From positions 1 to 64,000 of IMG/VR virus record IMGVR_UViG_3300026519_000001: a stretch of DNA of 64,000 nt; one strand, given 5' to 3'. Positions 47,481 to 58,966 of this stretch are shown one piece after another. A program made the translations under genes and the position numbers. How positions within the stretch are numbered: the first letter of the stretch is position 1; each line of letters starts with the position of its first letter. Under the pieces are notes generated by a model, which worked only from the letters and a program-made list of their open reading frames with translations, ran no database searches and was not told the origin of the DNA. The stretch is from a virus.

Positions 47481-49631
47481 TTAATTATTATTCATCCAAG
47501 TCCATACATTAGACTGCTCAGAAGGTAATGTCTCTACTTTCTTTAAGAATGTATATTTTACGCTGCCACCATAAGCATTTAAGCTATTTGTTTGTGCGCC
47601 TAATCTTCCATTACCTCCACCTGTATTTGACGTTGGTAAGTTAACTACTGTTTCTGCGAGCAAAACAACATTAGAATCATTTCTTACCTCAATAGTACTT
47701 GTAGCTCCATTCAAGTAAAGTCTAATTCTATAAGTTATCCCAGTTGCTAAAGTAATTCCTAATCCAACATTAGCCCATCTAAGCTCACCCCCTGATTGTG
47801 TCCTTAAGGTAATAGAAGAACTCAACGCAAATATCACTTGAAAATTAGTATTATCTGGTGTAAATTCCATCCAAAGCTCGTAATCAGTAGTATAAGCATT
47901 CCCAGGCATTGTTAATTGTTGCAGGGCTGCTCTGTCAAAATCAACCAAACCTGCATTATAAGTTGGTATATTTTGTCCAGCTTCACGAGCCAAATTAGCC
48001 CCAGTACCTTCATTTGTCCAAAATTCATTTGTAGCCAAATCAACCGCTCCACTAGGTCTAATAGCAATGTCCCAAGCAATATCCGTAAATGGGCTAAATG
48101 GTGCTGCGGCTATTGCTCCTGTGTAAGGACTAATAGAAGTGCTACCAGTCATTGGAATATCATTTACAGGAATAACCTCGCATTGAATAAATTTTGTTTC
48201 GTCTTCTGAAACTAAAAGATAAGTTGAAGCAGTTGCGCCAACTATTGCTATCCTGTTTAATCCTGCTATATCATCTGATCTAAACCATTGGTAAATCACA
48301 GAATCAATAGTTGCGCCTGCTCCTGCATCGCCCCCTATAACATTAGCTGTTAAAATCTCTCCTTTTTGTTCTGTTCCTGTGATATTAACAGAAGTATAAC
48401 TAGCCAAGATAGGGTCAAAGCACAAATAGCCGAATCCTCTATTATAATGATAGGCATTATTAATTCTACCCAAAGAATCAAAAGTTGGATTCATTGCAGG
48501 GTGATTAGAAGGAACAAATATATTGCCTCCTCCATCTATTAGACTATATGTTAACTTGTCTATTCTGCTGTCTTCAAATAAAGTTAAGTAATTATCTGAA
48601 ATTATACAGTTTCTAACTTCAATATCACATATATCTAAAAATACTTGCAATAATGATGTTTGTGTGTTTGTCGTTGCTATTTTAAGTATGCAAGAATCAA
48701 ATATTTTTTTCTTGTTTCCTTTTATGGTTGAATTTGGATACCAATCTCTTGCCTCTGCATTTCCTAAGTAAAGATGTTCTTCCGCTTCAAAAAAGCAGTT
48801 AAAGTAACTCATCCCGTCTGTATTTTCTAAAAGAGCATAAGCATTCCCGAGTGTTCCAAAACTTTGGAACATGGAATTTCTAATTACTCCACTACAATCC
48901 TGAATTTGCAATGCTCTATTTTGTGAGAGTTCATCTTCCCAACCTGCATCTAATCCAGTAAAATGATTAATATCAAGATTTTCACAATGGCTAAACTGCA
49001 CTGATTCTCTTCCTGAGTGATTCGAAAAAATATGGTGAAGTCTTACATTCCTTAAGTTATGATAAACAGTTCCATTTACCTGACCAAAATAAAGGCTCTC
49101 ACCAATTACATTCGAAAATCGTGAAAAACTAATATCTACGTCATAAGGTGCTACTCCTGCATTATTATCCGTTTTACTTCTAAAGCCACTAAATCCATTA
49201 ATATTATCACCTTCAAAATCAGCGTTCTGAATCTTAACATTTCCGCTAGAAATTTCCCATACAAATACGTGGTCTCCGTAAAAATACATATCGTAAAACT
49301 CGATATTTTCACTTGTATTACCTCGTAAAGCACCTTGATTAGCTACTGTTCCGTCTCCTATTTGTGTTAACTTTGGATTGGATGTTCCCCCTGCTCCTTT
49401 AAATCTTATAGGAGTAGGGATGCTGCCGACTAATCCAACTATCATAACTCTAGGTGCGTGTGTTCCTACTCCTAAAATAACATCAGTATTACCTGCTAAA
49501 TCAGCAGTTTCTATTTGAGTATCGGTTGGGGTTATTGTGGTAGTAGTTCCAAAAGAAGGTGCATCAGGGATGGTTTCATAAAGCAAACTTGGTGTTGTTG
49601 TATTTAATATATATGGATTTATAATTATCAT
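47481..49631 (-). CDS. Tail spike/receptor-binding protein with beta-helix, Ig-like and lectin-like regions
   Basis: MIIINPY start; parallel beta-helix-like repeats; YQWFR...TYLLV...IQCEVIP Ig-like motif. Confidence 0.65.
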   Translation of the reverse strand: MIIINPYILNTTTPSLLYETIPDAPSFGTTTTITPTDTQIETADLAGNTDVILGVGTHAPRVMIVGLVGSIPTPIRFKGAGGTSNPKLTQIGDGTVANQGALRGNTSENIEFYDMYFYGDHVFVWEISSGNVKIQNADFEGDNINGFSGFRSKTDNNAGVAPYDVDISFSRFSNVIGESLYFGQVNGTVYHNLRNVRLHHIFSNHSGRESVQFSHCENLDINHFTGLDAGWEDELSQNRALQIQDCSGVIRNSMFQSFGTLGNAYALLENTDGMSYFNCFFEAEEHLYLGNAEARDWYPNSTIKGNKKKIFDSCILKIATTNTQTSLLQVFLDICDIEVRNCIISDNYLTLFEDSRIDKLTYSLIDGGGNIFVPSNHPAMNPTFDSLGRINNAYHYNRGFGYLCFDPILASYTSVNITGTEQKGEILTANVIGGDAGAGATIDSVIYQWFRSDDIAGLNRIAIVGATASTYLLVSEDETKFIQCEVIPVNDIPMTGSTSISPYTGAIAAAPFSPFTDIAWDIAIRPSGAVDLATNEFWTNEGTGANLAREAGQNIPTYNAGLVDFDRAALQQLTMPGNAYTTDYELWMEFTPDNTNFQVIFALSSSITLRTQSGGELRWANVGLGITLATGITYRIRLYLNGATSTIEVRNDSNVVLLAETVVNLPTSNTGGGNGRLGAQTNSLNAYGGSVKYTFLKKVETLPSEQSNVWTWMNNN

Positions 49632-49634
49632 AGT

Positions 49635-50141
49635 CTAGTTTTTAACTACATATAAAATAATTTTAAGCCCAGCACCTGGTATAGTTGACCCAACTTGATC
49701 TATATCAATTGTTATTTCGTCATTATCAATAAAAATTGTATCTGATATAACAACTGGTGTTGAAGCAGTTATAGATGTTTTTTCATTAATATTAATGCTT
49801 AATTTAGTAGACAATATTGAAGTTCCATTTTTATTAATATCAACTATTAAATCGCTACCTGTTGGAGCTGTATTTAGAGATCCTCTAATATTTAATAATT
49901 TATACCCATAAGGTAATCTAAATGTAAACTTATTAGTACCTACACTAATATTTGTTGTTTCATCACTAACTGCTATTATAAGCTCTTCATTATTTGATAA
50001 GACATTCCATGTATCACCATCAAAAAACTTATATGCATTTATAGTGGTATTGAAATATATTAATCCTGCTTTTTTTATAACTGGATCAATAGATCTTTTT
50101 GGTATTGGTAATCCATCTAATGTTGCTCCGTATTGTGCCAT
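49635..50141 (-). CDS. Tail-fibre-associated structural protein
   Basis: Start reassigned to MAQYG (50141); TIDIDQVGSTIPGAGLKI motif. Confidence 0.65.
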   Translation of the reverse strand: MAQYGATLDGLPIPKRSIDPVIKKAGLIYFNTTINAYKFFDGDTWNVLSNNEELIIAVSDETTNISVGTNKFTFRLPYGYKLLNIRGSLNTAPTGSDLIVDINKNGTSILSTKLSININEKTSITASTPVVISDTIFIDNDEITIDIDQVGSTIPGAGLKIILYVVKN

Positions 50142-50170
50142 ATTTTTTATTTTATTTATTATAAATATTT

Positions 50171-53100
50171 TTAAGTAAGCAATCCGTATGCTTGTAAAAT
50201 TGCTACCAAATCTCCCATTGTATATCCGTTCCATGTAGCTGTATCATTTGATATACCAGAAGTATTTGCTACAAATGTAGCAGGTGTTTGGGATGTTGGT
50301 GTTTGTTTTGTAATAGCTGTCCCTCCAAATAACGAGATTCTTCCACCGACACTCCCAATTATTATACCACCTGTTCCTTCATTAGCTAAAATTAAATCAG
50401 AATTTCCATTTACTAGATTCTCAGGAATCAATGTTACAGCACCATCAGTAAGAAATACTCCTAACGATTCTTGTTCCGATGTTCCACCGCCAATTCTTAA
50501 AATATTAGCAGCATCAGCAAAAATAGAAATTTTTGTACTATCCGTTAAGATTCCCCCTGTTGGCGATAGAACTAATGTTCTACCACTAATAAGCATGTTA
50601 GTTCCGTTAGCATCTTCAAAACTAAATGAAGAAAGAATCCCTGCCCCTTTAGTTTTAAATCTCATTCCTAAGTTTGCACTTGCTCCTTTAGCCTCAATTA
50701 ACCTTGAAGATGGTCCAACTAATGTATCATCTCCTAAAGTTAAACTTCCAGCAGCTTCATTGATATATACTCTACTATTAACAAACCCTCCTACACCATC
50801 GGATGTTTGTATTGCATTGTTTGGTCCTATCGCAGAAGCTACCACTTGAGCAACCCAGCTTCTAACTCCTACTATCGTACTAGAAAGCACAAAGCCATCT
50901 GTAGCAGGATTACCTAAGGATGCTTCGTAAGCAGAATCTACATCAACCCAAGCGGCATCTCTACGAGCATATCTTACCCCATCAGAAGGGGCATCTGCTA
51001 TTCCACCACCTCCACTAGGCAAGGCAGCCTGTATTACTTCGCCAGTAGCAGAATTAATACCTAACATGTGAGTCTCTCCTGTGGTTGGAAGAGCCCCACC
51101 AATACCTAAACCAAGTCTAACTTTGGGCATAAAAACTGTAGCAACTGGACCATTAACTGATATGCCATCCCCACCAATAATAACACTATCAGTAGAATTT
51201 TGTAGAAATGAGTTTTTTCCTCCAATAATAATTCCGTTAACCAATCCAGATATAGAATGACCAGAACCACCTATTATAACTGAATTATATATATCAGTAG
51301 TAGTTCCATCGAAAGAATTATTTTCTCCTCCCAAAAGACCGCTATTGATAAGAACAAAAGATGAGGTAGATAATATACTAGAATTATCAACACCAATGGC
51401 AAAAGCATTTTCAGTAAAAACTGTAGGTATTGGAGACCTTGTTGCCAAAAAAGCATTAGAAGATAGATTTAAAGCATGCGAAACCCCCTGCAAATAAATA
51501 TTATTATTAGCATCAGAAGTAAATTCTCCTCCCCCTCCAACTACTGTCTGCCAAGTATTATCATCTCTTAAAAACTTAGTTCCGTCAGGAGTTCCAGTGG
51601 CAATAGGGTTATAAATACCATTTGCAATATTTCTTGTCAGAATTTCTTGCCATACAGAGCTTGCTAAAAGTCTTAAATGGTTATCTGTTGAATCGTAAGC
51701 AATAACTCCATTAATTGCGGATGTTAAATTAGTATCGGGGTCAGCATTAACTGTAATGCCTGTGCCGTAAGTTAATCCTACCTTAAAACCTCTATTACCA
51801 TTCCAATTAAGTTCAAAAGAGTTTGCTAGGGCATTTGTTTGAATAACTGTATTATAACCCATCATTATTGCACCTATACCGTCTGTCCTTGAGTTACGTC
51901 CAAATGAAGCAGAGCCCTCTTGGTCTGAAAAAGTATTAGCACCTATTGCTATCGTGTAAGCAGACTCTGCTGTAGAAAAAGCTCCTAAAGCAATCCCATT
52001 TAATCCTTGTGTCGAAGAATTTCTCCCGATAGCAACTGCATTCATAGCAAAAGAAACTATCCCATTCCCTATATTTACAGAATTTACTCCTGATTGTGTA
52101 CTAGCACCAATAGAAATTCCATCTCCTCCAGCACCAGCACTTCCAATTATTATACTAGCTGTCGATGAAGCATTAAGGTATGTTCCAATTAATATTGAAT
52201 TAGCAAAAGCACTAGATGAGTTTGCTCCTATAACAGTAGAGTTAGCTCCAGCTCCTTGTGCTATTAATCTAATATTGTTTTCATAAGTAAGTCCTGAAGT
52301 GCCTTCAATTGTACCATCTCCTGTCCAAACACCTACTTGGTTATTCAAAGGAGTTCCTACTTTAGTAACATCTCCGCCTCCACCTCCCGTAGAAGCTAGT
52401 CTCCAAACCTTTTCATTAGTTCCTGTTGCATAGTCATCAGGTCTTACTGTTTCTGGAAGTGATTCTATATCGGCTCCTGCTTCTAATTTATAAACATTAA
52501 GTGAATTACTTTGATTAATATTTCTAAATAATAAATAATTATTTAAACTTAGAGAAACTGTTCCTATAGCTTTTAGGTCGGGTATAGTTTCAACATCATT
52601 ATTTATAAAAATTGCTTCGTCACTGCCAGGTAAAGAAGTTGTATATTGCAATGTCCATACCCCAGTTAAATATTTATACATTGCATATTCACCTTGAATA
52701 TATGCAAATTCATTCTCATTAGGAGAAGGAACATCAATTGCTAGTTGAACTAATGAAGGTGATACATAAAGTGTGTATCCTTGAATTGCATTAATTAAAC
52801 TTATTGTTTCTGCTTTTGTATAATAATTACTTAAATCTACAGGTGGAAATATTATATCTGCAATCTCTTCTCCTACATAAATTTTAATGGCATTTACAGT
52901 AGCTAAAAATAAAGGATTTGTAAGGTCTGTAATTACAGTAGCCACAATAGCATCTGTAAGATGCCCACTAAGATCTGGAAAGTCTGTTATGTCTGCTACT
53001 GTATGTGTGTGGGGTGAAGAAGGAAATGTAGTAGGCTTTCCTGTTAACGTAGCCCAAGTAACGGAAGATGCTCCTGTTGGTACAATATTCCATTTATTAG

Positions 53101-53557
53101 ATTCATATACAAGATAATCACCCACATTTATAGTATAAGCAACTCCCCCAAAAATATTTGGGTTAGTGCCTGAGCCTGCAACATCAGCTATATATGTGTC
53201 ACCTTGCGTTCCAACTGAATCAAGTATTGTTAAAGCACTTCCATTTTCAAATCCAAGCAATTGTAATACACCATTAATAGAAGTGCCTAATGGTATTATC
53301 TCCCAATAATTATTATCTATTAATTGTGATGGCGTTGGATTTGGTGGTGTGTTTAACCAATAAAGACCTGGGCTACCTCCACCAATATCAGCAACTACAC
53401 ATATCATCATCCTAGTCCTTCTCTCAAGTGTAATGGCATTCATTTCAGCAATGCTATCTTTTGAATGCACACCACCCTTAGTTAAATTACCAAGATGCGT
53501 TGCGTATACGTCAGCAGGATTTTTAGTGTCTATATTTCCAGAGATTCTTACAGCCAT
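50171..53557 (-). CDS. Tail fibre protein
   Basis: YadA-head-like AVAIG/GIALG repeats; IIGG repeats; KFLRDD and DAPSDG...YARR fibre motifs. Confidence 0.8.
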   Translation of the reverse strand: MAVRISGNIDTKNPADVYATHLGNLTKGGVHSKDSIAEMNAITLERRTRMMICVVADIGGGSPGLYWLNTPPNPTPSQLIDNNYWEIIPLGTSINGVLQLLGFENGSALTILDSVGTQGDTYIADVAGSGTNPNIFGGVAYTINVGDYLVYESNKWNIVPTGASSVTWATLTGKPTTFPSSPHTHTVADITDFPDLSGHLTDAIVATVITDLTNPLFLATVNAIKIYVGEEIADIIFPPVDLSNYYTKAETISLINAIQGYTLYVSPSLVQLAIDVPSPNENEFAYIQGEYAMYKYLTGVWTLQYTTSLPGSDEAIFINNDVETIPDLKAIGTVSLSLNNYLLFRNINQSNSLNVYKLEAGADIESLPETVRPDDYATGTNEKVWRLASTGGGGGDVTKVGTPLNNQVGVWTGDGTIEGTSGLTYENNIRLIAQGAGANSTVIGANSSSAFANSILIGTYLNASSTASIIIGSAGAGGDGISIGASTQSGVNSVNIGNGIVSFAMNAVAIGRNSSTQGLNGIALGAFSTAESAYTIAIGANTFSDQEGSASFGRNSRTDGIGAIMMGYNTVIQTNALANSFELNWNGNRGFKVGLTYGTGITVNADPDTNLTSAINGVIAYDSTDNHLRLLASSVWQEILTRNIANGIYNPIATGTPDGTKFLRDDNTWQTVVGGGGEFTSDANNNIYLQGVSHALNLSSNAFLATRSPIPTVFTENAFAIGVDNSSILSTSSFVLINSGLLGGENNSFDGTTTDIYNSVIIGGSGHSISGLVNGIIIGGKNSFLQNSTDSVIIGGDGISVNGPVATVFMPKVRLGLGIGGALPTTGETHMLGINSATGEVIQAALPSGGGGIADAPSDGVRYARRDAAWVDVDSAYEASLGNPATDGFVLSSTIVGVRSWVAQVVASAIGPNNAIQTSDGVGGFVNSRVYINEAAGSLTLGDDTLVGPSSRLIEAKGASANLGMRFKTKGAGILSSFSFEDANGTNMLISGRTLVLSPTGGILTDSTKISIFADAANILRIGGGTSEQESLGVFLTDGAVTLIPENLVNGNSDLILANEGTGGIIIGSVGGRISLFGGTAITKQTPTSQTPATFVANTSGISNDTATWNGYTMGDLVAILQAYGLLT

Positions 53558-53561
53558 AATA

Positions 53562-54527
53562 TTAAAATTCTATTGTTAATGAAGTTGGGGCATTATATAA
53601 AAATTCTCCTCTAAATATTTTATAATCATAAGTTGTATTTCCATTATTATAACTTACAGTAGATGGCAATGAATTATCAAAAACACTTTGTAAATCCATT
53701 GAAAAATCTAATCCGTTATCATTATCAATAAATTTAATTCCATTCGTGTTAATAAAACTAGGAATTAAAATAAAAGGATAACCTATCTGAAAAGAATAAC
53801 TTCTTGATATGTTATTAGTTAATAATGTATTTGATATTCCATTTACATGTGATTGAGTTAATATTTGCCCAGTAGCATTAACTCCATATCTTATATAAGC
53901 CATCCAATTAATATTAATTCTTCTCTGTGCTAAAGCTACATTATTTATATCAAAACCATCTAATGTAAGCGAAATGTTTTGCGGTAAATTATATGTATAG
54001 TTAGGAGTTGATGTTAAACTGTAAAGAAAGTCATGTAAGTTTACATTTCCAAGATTAGAGAAAGCATTTACATCACTACAATTTATTATACCATCAGTAT
54101 TTGTAGATACATTTTGAGGGTTTGACAAAGTCCAAGCTAGTGAATATGTATTAGCTAAATCAGTACCTATTTCAATATTAACTTGTGTGGAATTAGAAGT
54201 GGTAAATGAAGATATACTAGGACTGACAAAAGGACTTATGATTTTTCTTAAAATACTAGAATTTGTATTATTAAAAACACTATCACCAATATTAAGGTCA
54301 CCAATATTAACTGTAACTAAATCTTGATAAGGATACACATCTAAATTAGAATAAGGTAAATTAACCCAGTCTGTAATACCATCTCCTAATTTATTTTTAC
54401 TACTAACTATTACCCCAAAAGCATCCAGTACAACTTCATGACCTGGTTCACCCCTCCTCAGTATAGGATTTTTTGTATTCCATTCAGCTTCGGTAGCTAC
54501 TAATAATTTAAATCTTATGTTTGCCAT
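53562..54527 (-). CDS. Tail fibre-related protein with Mtd/hyaluronidase-type N-terminus
   Basis: WNTKNPILRRGEPGHE...KLGDGITDWVNLPY. Confidence 0.7.
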   Translation of the reverse strand: MANIRFKLLVATEAEWNTKNPILRRGEPGHEVVLDAFGVIVSSKNKLGDGITDWVNLPYSNLDVYPYQDLVTVNIGDLNIGDSVFNNTNSSILRKIISPFVSPSISSFTTSNSTQVNIEIGTDLANTYSLAWTLSNPQNVSTNTDGIINCSDVNAFSNLGNVNLHDFLYSLTSTPNYTYNLPQNISLTLDGFDINNVALAQRRININWMAYIRYGVNATGQILTQSHVNGISNTLLTNNISRSYSFQIGYPFILIPSFINTNGIKFIDNDNGLDFSMDLQSVFDNSLPSTVSYNNGNTTYDYKIFRGEFLYNAPTSLTIEF

Positions 54528-54529
54528 TT

Positions 54530-55003
54530 CTATAATAAATTAAAATCTGAAAAAAGTTCTGTTATTTCAACCCATATCAATGTTCCGCTTGCATCTTTTG
54601 ATAGAAAATAACCCACTCCACCACCTGCGGGCAATGATGTACCTCCACCACCAATAATAGAACCATCACTAGTTAATACATAAGAAGTAGTATTCTTAGG
54701 AAAATCTAAATATGGAACTGGATCTAATTTATATGTATAAATTACATAGTCAAGAAATTGCTCTAATTCATTTCCTTCAATCATGGCATAATTAGGATAT
54801 GGCAACCCTTTTAATACTATAGAATCGTCAGTTTCAAGTAACATATCTATAACCATTGCTATTTCTAAAAACTCTACAAAATCATCTGAATCTACATCTG
54901 GATTTTTTCTTTTTCCATATATAATTCTTCCAATTTCTGCATGTTTATATATTAACTTGTTAAGAGTAAAATATAATTTTATAGTTTCTGGACTTGTTAA
55001 CAT
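54530..55003 (-). CDS. Probable tail structural protein
   Basis: LPAGG..GYFLSK...W fibre motif. Confidence 0.55.
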   Translation of the reverse strand: MLTSPETIKLYFTLNKLIYKHAEIGRIIYGKRKNPDVDSDDFVEFLEIAMVIDMLLETDDSIVLKGLPYPNYAMIEGNELEQFLDYVIYTYKLDPVPYLDFPKNTTSYVLTSDGSIIGGGGTSLPAGGGVGYFLSKDASGTLIWVEITELFSDFNLL

Positions 55004-55014
55004 TTTGTATTAGT

Positions 55015-58000
55015 TTAATTATATTGAACTTGTGAAGATTCATTTTCTATGGAACTATTAGAAAATGAAACTTGAACTCTCCAACGCATGGAAGCACCAT
55101 TTGCTATGGCACTTAAATAACTGTAAGAAACAGGAGTTGCTGTATCGTTATTAGTTAGTCTAGCAACAATATTTTTAAGGCTAAACCAGCTTGCGCCATT
55201 ATTAACAGAAAGTTGGAATGTACAACTCATCCAGCTATCACTTGAAGAATTTGACCGCATAGTTCCATTCCAAAAATAATGAATTGCTCTTGTTCTTCCA
55301 ACATTATTTGTATAGTTAGAAATGTTTCTACCTCCACTCATTGTTATTGGTGGAGAAAAAGCTAAATCCTGTCCATCCTGTCCATCTATGCCATCTATGC
55401 CATCTATTCCTCTTGGTATTCCAAAATTTAAAACAGATGCCTCTGGTGTTCCTGTATTAGTAACTACAGCACTAGAGCCTGGGGCTAATGTAGTAGTAGT
55501 ACCAATTGATACGGTTCCAGATGGTCCAGCTATAGTAGAAGCTGTTCCTGTAATTCTTGTTACGCCCCAATTAGCATTTGCTTTAGCTGTAAGGATATTT
55601 ATATCAGACCCATTAAATGTGGTAGATGCTTGATATGTATATGTATTAGCAATTCCATTAGGGGTTACTAACCATCCATCAGAAAGCATTTCACTTCTAC
55701 TTGCATCAGATGATACAGGTATAGTAGGGGGTGTTAAACTATTACTACCTTTGAAATATATAACTACAAAATCAGGGCTATCTCCTTGTGAGCCTGTTTC
55801 GCCTCTGTTTCTATAAGCTGGCTGCCAATTAATAGTATCAACACCTGCAATGTTATTTACAATACCTTCAACAATAAAATATGTTTTACTTCCTGACTGT
55901 TTATACCAATTAGAGGTTGCTCCACTATTAACAAATGTACTATCAAAATTAGCTGTGGGTAAATCTGCAGGTAATGTTGGTGTTGCCAATGGCTCATTCC
56001 CTGAAACATCAAATGCAGCAGCATAATTATAATATAATCTAAAAGTCTTTGCATCAGTAATATCATCTATACTAACAGGAGTTGATATATATACAACTCC
56101 ATTATAAGGAATCCTACAAGAAACCCCTAGCGAACCAACCACATCGCCTCTAGTAACAGTTTTTATAGTATTATTTGTACCAGATAAATTGCTAACTGTT
56201 AGTGTGTTGCCAAAATACCAAGTTACATTTCCATCATAGTTTACAGGCGATATAATAGTGCCATTCGTATCTAATACAGCTTTTAGTGCAATATCACTTC
56301 TATTTTCAGGAGTAAATGCTAAAGATTGATTAGCAGATCCTGAATCAATTTGCACAAAAGATATTACAGCCCCTGCACTATCTAAATTACTAGATACTGT
56401 AAAGTTTTTAACAAAATTTGTTCCTCCTATATTTATAGTAATTGCACAATTTACTTTTCTAGCTATTATACTAGTCCAAGTAGCGATATATATTTCTCTA
56501 TCAGTACCATTAATTTGATGCCCAAAACTAACATCAGTTGTATCACTAACTAAGCTCACAATAGACCAATCAGTTGTGTAATCTAATTTAGTAGGTCCAT
56601 CATATATTTTTATTAGAGTTTTAATTCTGCCAGTAGTTCCTATTTCACCTCCCACTGGTAGAAAAGTAGGTCTATCAAGTATTATTGAATCAACTTCATT
56701 AGAAAGTATAATCGAAGTAGAATCTGTTCCAGGTATTCCAGTGCTAGTAGAGGCTAATTTAGTTATAGTAACTATATCAAAAAATTCATCTATATTTTCA
56801 ACATCATTGATGTTGTTTGCTGTAGATAGAGCAAATCTAGCAGTTTGCGCAGTTCCATCTTCAATAAATAAATCTCTAGTATCTATTTGTAAAATTTGAT
56901 TGCTTAACGTATAAAAATTTTGATTCCAATTGCCAGTAGCATCATCTGCTACAAAGACTACTGTTATATCAAATGTATCAATAGTAACATTACTTATTTC
57001 AAAATTACCATTATAACTTGTAGTTCCTGTGATATTAACTTGGTCTCCATTGCTTAATCCATGTGCTACACTTGTAACAGTTGTTTTAACCCCTGGAGAG
57101 GTCGCTGAATCTGCAAATATAGTGATTGCTGCATTTGCAAAAATAGTTAAATCTAACCAATTCCCTGCTCCATCATCTCTATACCAATAAAATGTAACAG
57201 CATCTAAAAAATTTTGTCTTCCCCTAATATTCACTACAGACACTGGAAAAGATGAACTTGTTGTGTCATACACTAATGTAGGAGTATCAGTTGCTAGCGT
57301 TAATGACTTTGCATCATCTCCATCAGTAATATCTGTAATTGATTCCTCTTCTATAAAAACTAAATCAGGTTCTGCACCTGCATTTATAAGAGTTATATAA
57401 CATCTAAATGTTGCTTTTGCAGTAACATAATTTGGAGCAATTACAATATTTTTAGTTGTAGCAATTGGTGTATCAACATTAGGATTAACTGGTATAATAA
57501 TTTTATTATTATAAACCTTATACCATTTATAAGTAAGATTTGTAGTCAATTCTTCTGATCCCCTAAACAAATTAGCAGTTAATGTTATTGCAACTGGGTC
57601 TGACAAAGTTCCAGCTGCCGCATCTGCACTAGATGGATATTTAAATGTATTTTGTCCATCACTTGATATATAATCAATATATACATCTCTACCTGTAAAA
57701 GGCTTAGGTGCAGACCACACAGTCTTTAATGAACCATCAAAGAATTTTCTAGCTTCTGAATAACAATTAATTAAACTTGCCTCTTCTGGATATGAAGTAT
57801 CAGCCCAGCCAATATTAGCTGAATTACCTGCTGTGTTAGAAACTGGATCATTACCAATAGGTGTATTAGCAGCTATAAAAGTAGGGTCATTAAAATCAGT
57901 AGTATCAGAAAATAATTTATATATTTTATCAATATATTCTCCAGACTCTTCAGATATTTTATCAATGCTCCAAGAGGAATAATTTAAAGGTGAATTTTCA

Positions 58001-58965
58001 GTCCTTAATGCCCTATAATTATGAATAGACGGATCGAAAGTCTTAACCCAACCCGCAGCAATTAAAGCTATATCTGCAGGAGATCCAGCAGTAGCTAATG
58101 CATTGCTTGGAGATAATGGGTTTGGATTAGGTGTAGACTGTGCATTATACCTGACTAAGTCTTCATTTTCAGGAATTAAAAATGGACCAATCCAGTCAGT
58201 CTTTAAATTACCATATACATCTTTTTGAGCTTTAATTTCATATAATGGGTCTGTTCCTAATGGAGGAATATCACTCCAACCCTCAGGAAAATTGTTTATA
58301 CTACCAAACTTATTATATCTTCCTGGTAAATCAGGTATAACCGCTGCTCTAATAAAAAGATTTTGAACATAATCACCACCCTCAAAGTTCCCATTAATAG
58401 ATCTTGGCACAGTCCAATCAAGATATATGCCTGTACCACTATCAGTAGCATCACTTCTTCTCTCTCTATACCATTTTGATTCTCCTGCAATATACACTGC
58501 GTCCCATAACAATTCCCCACTAGGATTGTCAATATATGGATATGGGGGTTTGATTCCATTGGCATCATCTCCCGCATATTCTATAGCATAAGTACTTTCA
58601 TTAACAGGCAATTCAGAATCTACTTGCCAAAAATTTAAATAAAAATTAGCATTTGGTTCTAATGGTTGCTTTTCATTTCCTCCTATATCTAATTCATTTG
58701 GTGGAATAACTAATGGATAAAAAGATACATCAGGAACAAATAATAATTTCAAGGTTTTTGTTGAGTATTCACCATCTGTTCTTGGATGGGCATTAATAGT
58801 AACACTCATGCCTTTTAACATCTTATCAGGATGCAATAACATTAATTCTTCTAATGTATTATATTGATGGTATCCTCCTTTAACGTCATTCTGTTGAGTA
58901 ATCCATAATCTTGGATTATTATTTCTAGGAACAAATCCTGTCGATATTTCTTGAAAATCACTCAT
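55015..58965 (-). CDS. Large tail fibre/structural protein with a short collagen-like repeat
   Basis: GIPRGIDGIDGIDGQDGQD; repeated W-x-x-P modules; HGLSNGDQVNITG domain. Confidence 0.7.
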   Translation of the reverse strand: MSDFQEISTGFVPRNNNPRLWITQQNDVKGGYHQYNTLEELMLLHPDKMLKGMSVTINAHPRTDGEYSTKTLKLLFVPDVSFYPLVIPPNELDIGGNEKQPLEPNANFYLNFWQVDSELPVNESTYAIEYAGDDANGIKPPYPYIDNPSGELLWDAVYIAGESKWYRERRSDATDSGTGIYLDWTVPRSINGNFEGGDYVQNLFIRAAVIPDLPGRYNKFGSINNFPEGWSDIPPLGTDPLYEIKAQKDVYGNLKTDWIGPFLIPENEDLVRYNAQSTPNPNPLSPSNALATAGSPADIALIAAGWVKTFDPSIHNYRALRTENSPLNYSSWSIDKISEESGEYIDKIYKLFSDTTDFNDPTFIAANTPIGNDPVSNTAGNSANIGWADTSYPEEASLINCYSEARKFFDGSLKTVWSAPKPFTGRDVYIDYISSDGQNTFKYPSSADAAAGTLSDPVAITLTANLFRGSEELTTNLTYKWYKVYNNKIIIPVNPNVDTPIATTKNIVIAPNYVTAKATFRCYITLINAGAEPDLVFIEEESITDITDGDDAKSLTLATDTPTLVYDTTSSSFPVSVVNIRGRQNFLDAVTFYWYRDDGAGNWLDLTIFANAAITIFADSATSPGVKTTVTSVAHGLSNGDQVNITGTTSYNGNFEISNVTIDTFDITVVFVADDATGNWNQNFYTLSNQILQIDTRDLFIEDGTAQTARFALSTANNINDVENIDEFFDIVTITKLASTSTGIPGTDSTSIILSNEVDSIILDRPTFLPVGGEIGTTGRIKTLIKIYDGPTKLDYTTDWSIVSLVSDTTDVSFGHQINGTDREIYIATWTSIIARKVNCAITINIGGTNFVKNFTVSSNLDSAGAVISFVQIDSGSANQSLAFTPENRSDIALKAVLDTNGTIISPVNYDGNVTWYFGNTLTVSNLSGTNNTIKTVTRGDVVGSLGVSCRIPYNGVVYISTPVSIDDITDAKTFRLYYNYAAAFDVSGNEPLATPTLPADLPTANFDSTFVNSGATSNWYKQSGSKTYFIVEGIVNNIAGVDTINWQPAYRNRGETGSQGDSPDFVVIYFKGSNSLTPPTIPVSSDASRSEMLSDGWLVTPNGIANTYTYQASTTFNGSDINILTAKANANWGVTRITGTASTIAGPSGTVSIGTTTTLAPGSSAVVTNTGTPEASVLNFGIPRGIDGIDGIDGQDGQDLAFSPPITMSGGRNISNYTNNVGRTRAIHYFWNGTMRSNSSSDSWMSCTFQLSVNNGASWFSLKNIVARLTNNDTATPVSYSYLSAIANGASMRWRVQVSFSNSSIENESSQVQYN

Positions 58966-58966
58966 A

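Noticed and set aside
55368-55410. 9-bp tandem repeats
   Set aside because: Explained by collagen-like G-x-D coding in the fibre gene.
47481-58965. Diversity-generating retroelement targeting the tail fibres
   Set aside because: No reverse transcriptase is present and I noticed no template/variable repeat pair in the window.
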